A stretch of DNA of 64,000 bases from Adineta vaga (Eukaryota; Animalia; Rotifera). The stretch covers positions 6,820,001-6,884,000 of the forward strand of contig CP075494.1 in the NCBI GenBank assembly GCA_021613535.1, read 5' to 3'. Positions 55,666-64,000 of the stretch are shown in pieces (position 1 is the first letter of the stretch; every line of letters begins with the position of its first letter). The notes beneath the pieces were generated by a model. That model saw only the letters and a program-made list of their open reading frames with translations. It ran no database searches and was not told where the DNA came from. The position numbers were made by a program, and so were the translations under genes.

Positions 55666-57747
55666 ATGCGTGTTGTGGTTTTACCTGTTTGTTTACTCGA
55701 AACTTATCCACATGTTCTTCTTAAATATGATTTTCGAGTTATTCCACAAACACCATCGTCACCAGCTGTTAATCCTTCAACACCAAGTGGTTCAAGTCAC
55801 AAATCCAATATGCGTTCACAAGAATTTTATTTAACACCTTATTGTTCACCTATTCTTCCATCAGGTTCAATTCATACTGTCTGCGAGATTATCAAAGGTT
55901 CACCTGTTCTTCGACAAATATTCGACGTCAAAAAGGAAGATGAAGAAAATCTCGAAAATAAAGTAAGTCATTCCTTCATCGAGAACATAACTTAAGATTC
56001 CATCTAGATTGATTTCAAAGGACATTGTCGTTTTATTGCCTTTGGTCCTGAAACGGATATTTGTATTTGTGCTTTATATATTCCACATATATCATCACTT
56101 GAATTAAATTATATAAATCAACCGGATCCACCATTGTCACGACAACATTCCAAATTAAGTTATGTTCGTACACCATCAGATACAAATATGAAAGAAATTG
56201 CTTTAGCTTATGGAGGTCCCAGTGGTGAACATTTACCAGCAGCAACATTTGTTACACGTGATCTTGTTCATTTATGGATTTCAATTCGTGATATTCGTCA
56301 TAAATTGGTTCATATTGATCGTGTTCTTAAACAGCCAGGAATTTTATCAAAATTAACACATGTGGAAAGTTGGGTGACATCATACAATGATTCAATTGAT
56401 GAAAATACAATTAAAAAAGAAACGGATGCATCACTTCGACTTATTAAAGCACGTGCACGTACACTTGTGTGGGATGTAATGGAAATGAAAAATGAAATTT
56501 TATATCCACATCCAGGTTTGAAAATTTTCATTAGAAGGTTGGATTTATATGAAAATAATTTCGTTTAGTTCATGGACGTATTCCAAACTTTCGAAATAAT
56601 CCTGATTGTTCAACAAATTTAGCTCAATTGGAAGAATTTCAACGTGCACGCGTTATTGAAATATGTCCTAGTCTAGCTCAAGAACATTTACGTTTATTTT
56701 CATTAGCTGAAGGTATGGAAAGCTCTTTCTTTGACTTTCCCTCTTTCTTATTCATTTTCTTCTAGGCAAAGTACTTCTTACTCCAGCACCATCCATTGAT
56801 AATGCACTTTTTTATAAACTTGATCCTAAATTTTTACATATTCATGATTTATCACGTGCAGCAACAAAATCTGGTAAATTTCAAGAGAAAGAAAAACCTA
56901 ACGTTTATTAATTCTCCAATTCATTATATCTAGGTACTGCTGCTCTTGGTACAATTGTTAATTTAACAGCTGTTGGAAATCTTCATGTTGATATTGTTGT
57001 TGTTGCTTCTGTTGTTGTTAATCCAATCACTGGTGCACGTTTAGGTAAATGAACGATCTACAGAGAAAAAAAATCCTTGCGTGTATACCTTCTAATCAGA
57101 TGATAATGATCAAAGGAAATCAGAAAAGTTTATCAAAACATGTTATTCAAGTAAACAGTACTGCATCTTCAACAAACTTTTGAGTTGAAAAACAACATTC
57201 ATGCGTGACTTGAATTATTTAATCGTAATTATGTATGATTAATTTTCTTTTTTCGTCTGATTACGAAAAGTTTCAGGAAGGAAATACTGTTTACTTCGAT
57301 GAGTCATTTATAGCAGTTGATCAAAACAAGAATATTGCATTCAATTACCTTTCTATTTCATTTTAGGTAAAGGTAAAGGTTATGGTGATATCGAATACGC
57401 AATGATGCGTCAATTAGGTGCCTGTGATGATTCAACACTTGTTGTAACAACTGTACATGAAAGTCAATTACTTGATGATCTTCCATCATCAGTAATGACT
57501 GAACATGATTTGTATGTGATATTTATCTTTTCAATATATATTTTACTTTTTTTTCATTTATAATTGAAATTTTTTTAGACCAGTGAACGTTGTCATCACA
57601 CCACAACGTATAATTTATACACAAAATAAATTTTCATGTCCAAAAGCAATTAACTGGAATGATATTGATAATGAAACAATGCTTAATTTACCTGTATTAA
57701 AAGAATTTAAACGTCTTCAACAACTTCAACAAGAAAGAGCGAATTAA
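55666..57747 (+). CDS. MTHFSD: Methenyltetrahydrofolate synthetase domain-containing protein with N-terminal extension
   Basis: VW..ME...PHPVHGRIPNF; GARLGKGKGYGDIEYAMM; VVTTVHESQL; EHDLPVNVVITP. Confidence 0.88.
57149..57296. repeat. Degenerate inverted repeat (possible decayed MITE) in an MTHFSD intron
   Basis: aagtaaacagta (57149-57160) vs tactgtttactt (57285-57296), with weaker similarity extending inward to aaactttt/aaaagttt. Confidence 0.45.
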
Positions 57748-59338
57748 AATTGTTTCTTAGTCCTCCTTTTGTTCTCTTATCTGTGAAACTTGTGTATTCA
57801 AATCGATGTTTATTTTGATTATCCCTTCTCTCTCTCTCTACTGATATTTTAACTCATTTGTTTTATTTTATCTTTCTTTCTCTCTCTCTCTTCTAACTAC
57901 TAAATGACAGTTAAGATCTTCATGAAAAAAACGCAATCAATCGACTAACAGATAACACATCTTTTTTTTTATATGACGTCTCTTACCGGTGTGACCCGGA
58001 CAACTTGTAGATCTTAGTTTCTTTTCTTCTTTCATTTGTTGTGATATAGAGAAAAAAGATATTCGGTTTTTTTTTCATTTCATAGGTATAAGAAATACAG
58101 AACAGATCAGATATATACAATACATGTACGAATATATACTTTGAAATCTTTTATAAATCATTGATTTGTATCAGCAGTGATGAAAAAACAAGACATGGTT
58201 TCGCTAAACTAAACAGAATTTTTCTTTGTTGATTGTCTTGGCTGTCTGAGCTGATACTTATAAGAATGATTTTTGATTTGCATTCATCTTTTGAATTTTA
58301 TTTTAGAATTGAATATTATTATTATATAATCTATCGTATGTACGATGTAACTATTAGGTGTTACTTATCAGAAGTAAATACTTTTTTTAGATTCGAACGA
58401 AATATTATTACCATTAAAAGAACGTAAGTCATTGATATGGTTGCATTATTTACTTTCAACTTAATTCGTTGCTTCGTAAACCGATGTATATTGTTGTTTT
58501 TCTTTCATTAAAATCCATCGCATATATTTTGCTTTTGATGAATCTTTTATATTGCGTTTCACCACCAGCTATATCACGTCATTTCCTATTAAACATAATA
58601 ATAAACATGGTTCCTTTTATTATAAGAGTACTCTTTGCTTCTCGATTAAATATGAATTGACAAGATAGAATAGTGGGTGTGATATTAATTATATAAATCA
58701 ATTGTTATATTGAATTTCATTTATTAATCCGACTTTTGTTCTTATCTATCGCGTTCGTTCAATTTAATAACGAACGAACTTGACTAACATTAAAAATACG
58801 AAATAATGTTTTTTTAATAGAAATGTGAGAAGGAATATTTTCATCTCTCTCTCCCTCTATTAACGATAATGATGATAATCAAAAGTCGGATCTAGACTGA
58901 CGATACCCCCATGGCCTCTGAATTGCTAATAGGCATTCAAATAGTTTTCTTTTTCTTTTCCTTTTTTTATAAATTGTTCTTTGATTTACATGTCTCAAGA
59001 TCTAGACACTTCTCCTTCTTATCAAACAAACCATGAATATCATGTCTATAACCTCCATCATCTCAGTTAAAAGTATGTGCATGCATGCATGTCACATAGA
59101 AGGAGAGAAAATCAAGGTCAATTATTGATAGTTATTTTCTTATCTTTGTCGATTGTCTTCGTATACACACACATGTTCGAATGAGAGAAAGAGAAAACGA
59201 CAGAGAGAGAGAGAAAAACAAAAAATATTTTGTTTGTAAAAAGAAAATATATTTATTTTTCTCCATTTTATAGAGTCAAATTATGAAATCTTATTTCTTC
59301 GGTAAGAAACAATCAATCAACAGAAGATGTAATTAATT

Positions 59339-63113
<3,775 letters not shown>

Positions 63114-64000
63114 AGGAAATAATTTCTCTTTTTTTAACCCGTGTGAATTTGATTTTCTTTGTGAATATTCTTAACAATCTCTCTCTCTCTCTCTTTAATT
63201 TTAAATCAATGTTTCTATTTAATCTATCCTTTATTGTGAACCAGTAACTCGAAGAGCAAACATACTAAAGCAATTCTATTTTGTGTGTATATAAATTAGA
63301 AAAGAATCTTTTTCGTTGTTTTATTTTTTCTTCTAAATAAACTTTGCTGGTCAAAGATATTTCATGATGAGTTTTTCATGGATGAGTAACTTTGCTTTTT
63401 CTCTATATGAACAAGACCTTCGAATGAATAACAAATCTTGTTCAAGGTTAAATTCATCATTTCTTTAGTTGATTGATAAGCTGATTTTATTAAATTATCG
63501 AGAACGACATCCGTCTGAACAACGATTATACAATGGAACTTTGTTTTATCTTTCTAAGAATAGATTTTTAGTTGTTAATCGAATTTCATGTATGCTCAAA
63601 TCAATATTCGACATTAGATGTGTCAAATTACATAAAAATTTGTTGTCGTCGAATACGCTTGATTGTTTTTCTCCTCTTCTTACTGATATGATTAAAAATC
63701 TCCTGTTTTTTTTTATCGATCAATATTTGATCATTTAGCAGATAAGAATTCGACAAAACAAACAACATACCAATCAATAATGCATAATATTTTCTTTTAT
63801 CCGATAGAATAAGAAGACAATATTATCTACGATTTTGTTCGATTGCTTCTTTTTTTCAAAAGATTTTCTTTATCCGCTGAGGATCAAAAGGTTTTTTTTG
63901 TTTGTCTCATCGTTCTATTTTTCAATCCATTTCGATAATGATTATGAAACGAAAAAGAAACTATTTTTTTTGTATCCAAAAAACAAACATTGAAAGAGAT

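Overview
AT-rich, gene-dense eukaryotic (animal) genomic DNA with many ~50-60 nt GT-AG introns. The intron size, composition and an ADP-ribosyltransferase/TPR pseudogene suggest a bdelloid rotifer (inference). Gene models were built by hand-splicing. In order: the 3' part of a GluCl/GlyR-type Cys-loop chloride channel (+); a convergent Cys-less pentameric channel (-); a tightly packed co-oriented run TSEN2, RDH-like SDR, METTL9, DNAAF2/kintoun, EPS15-like (+); an orphan ORF; an NCS-type EF-hand protein; a kelch protein; GPR155; an atypical Ig-domain receptor tyrosine kinase; RNF217-like; CUL2; a MITE; an F-box/LRR gene; alpha-catenin; the ART-TPR pseudogene; gamma-tubulin; VAP; MTHFSD; SNRK. 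Three observations stand out. (1) The chloride channel carries two alternative loopC-M1-M2 pore modules of identical length, one 192-nt exon versus a three-exon 60+71+61 = 192-nt cassette, with different gate residues. (2) The five co-oriented genes look like an operon, with stop-to-acceptor distances as short as ~20 nt and a shared TTTCAG|AT acceptor before each downstream ATG. (3) Alpha-catenin has an apparent internal alternative first exon.
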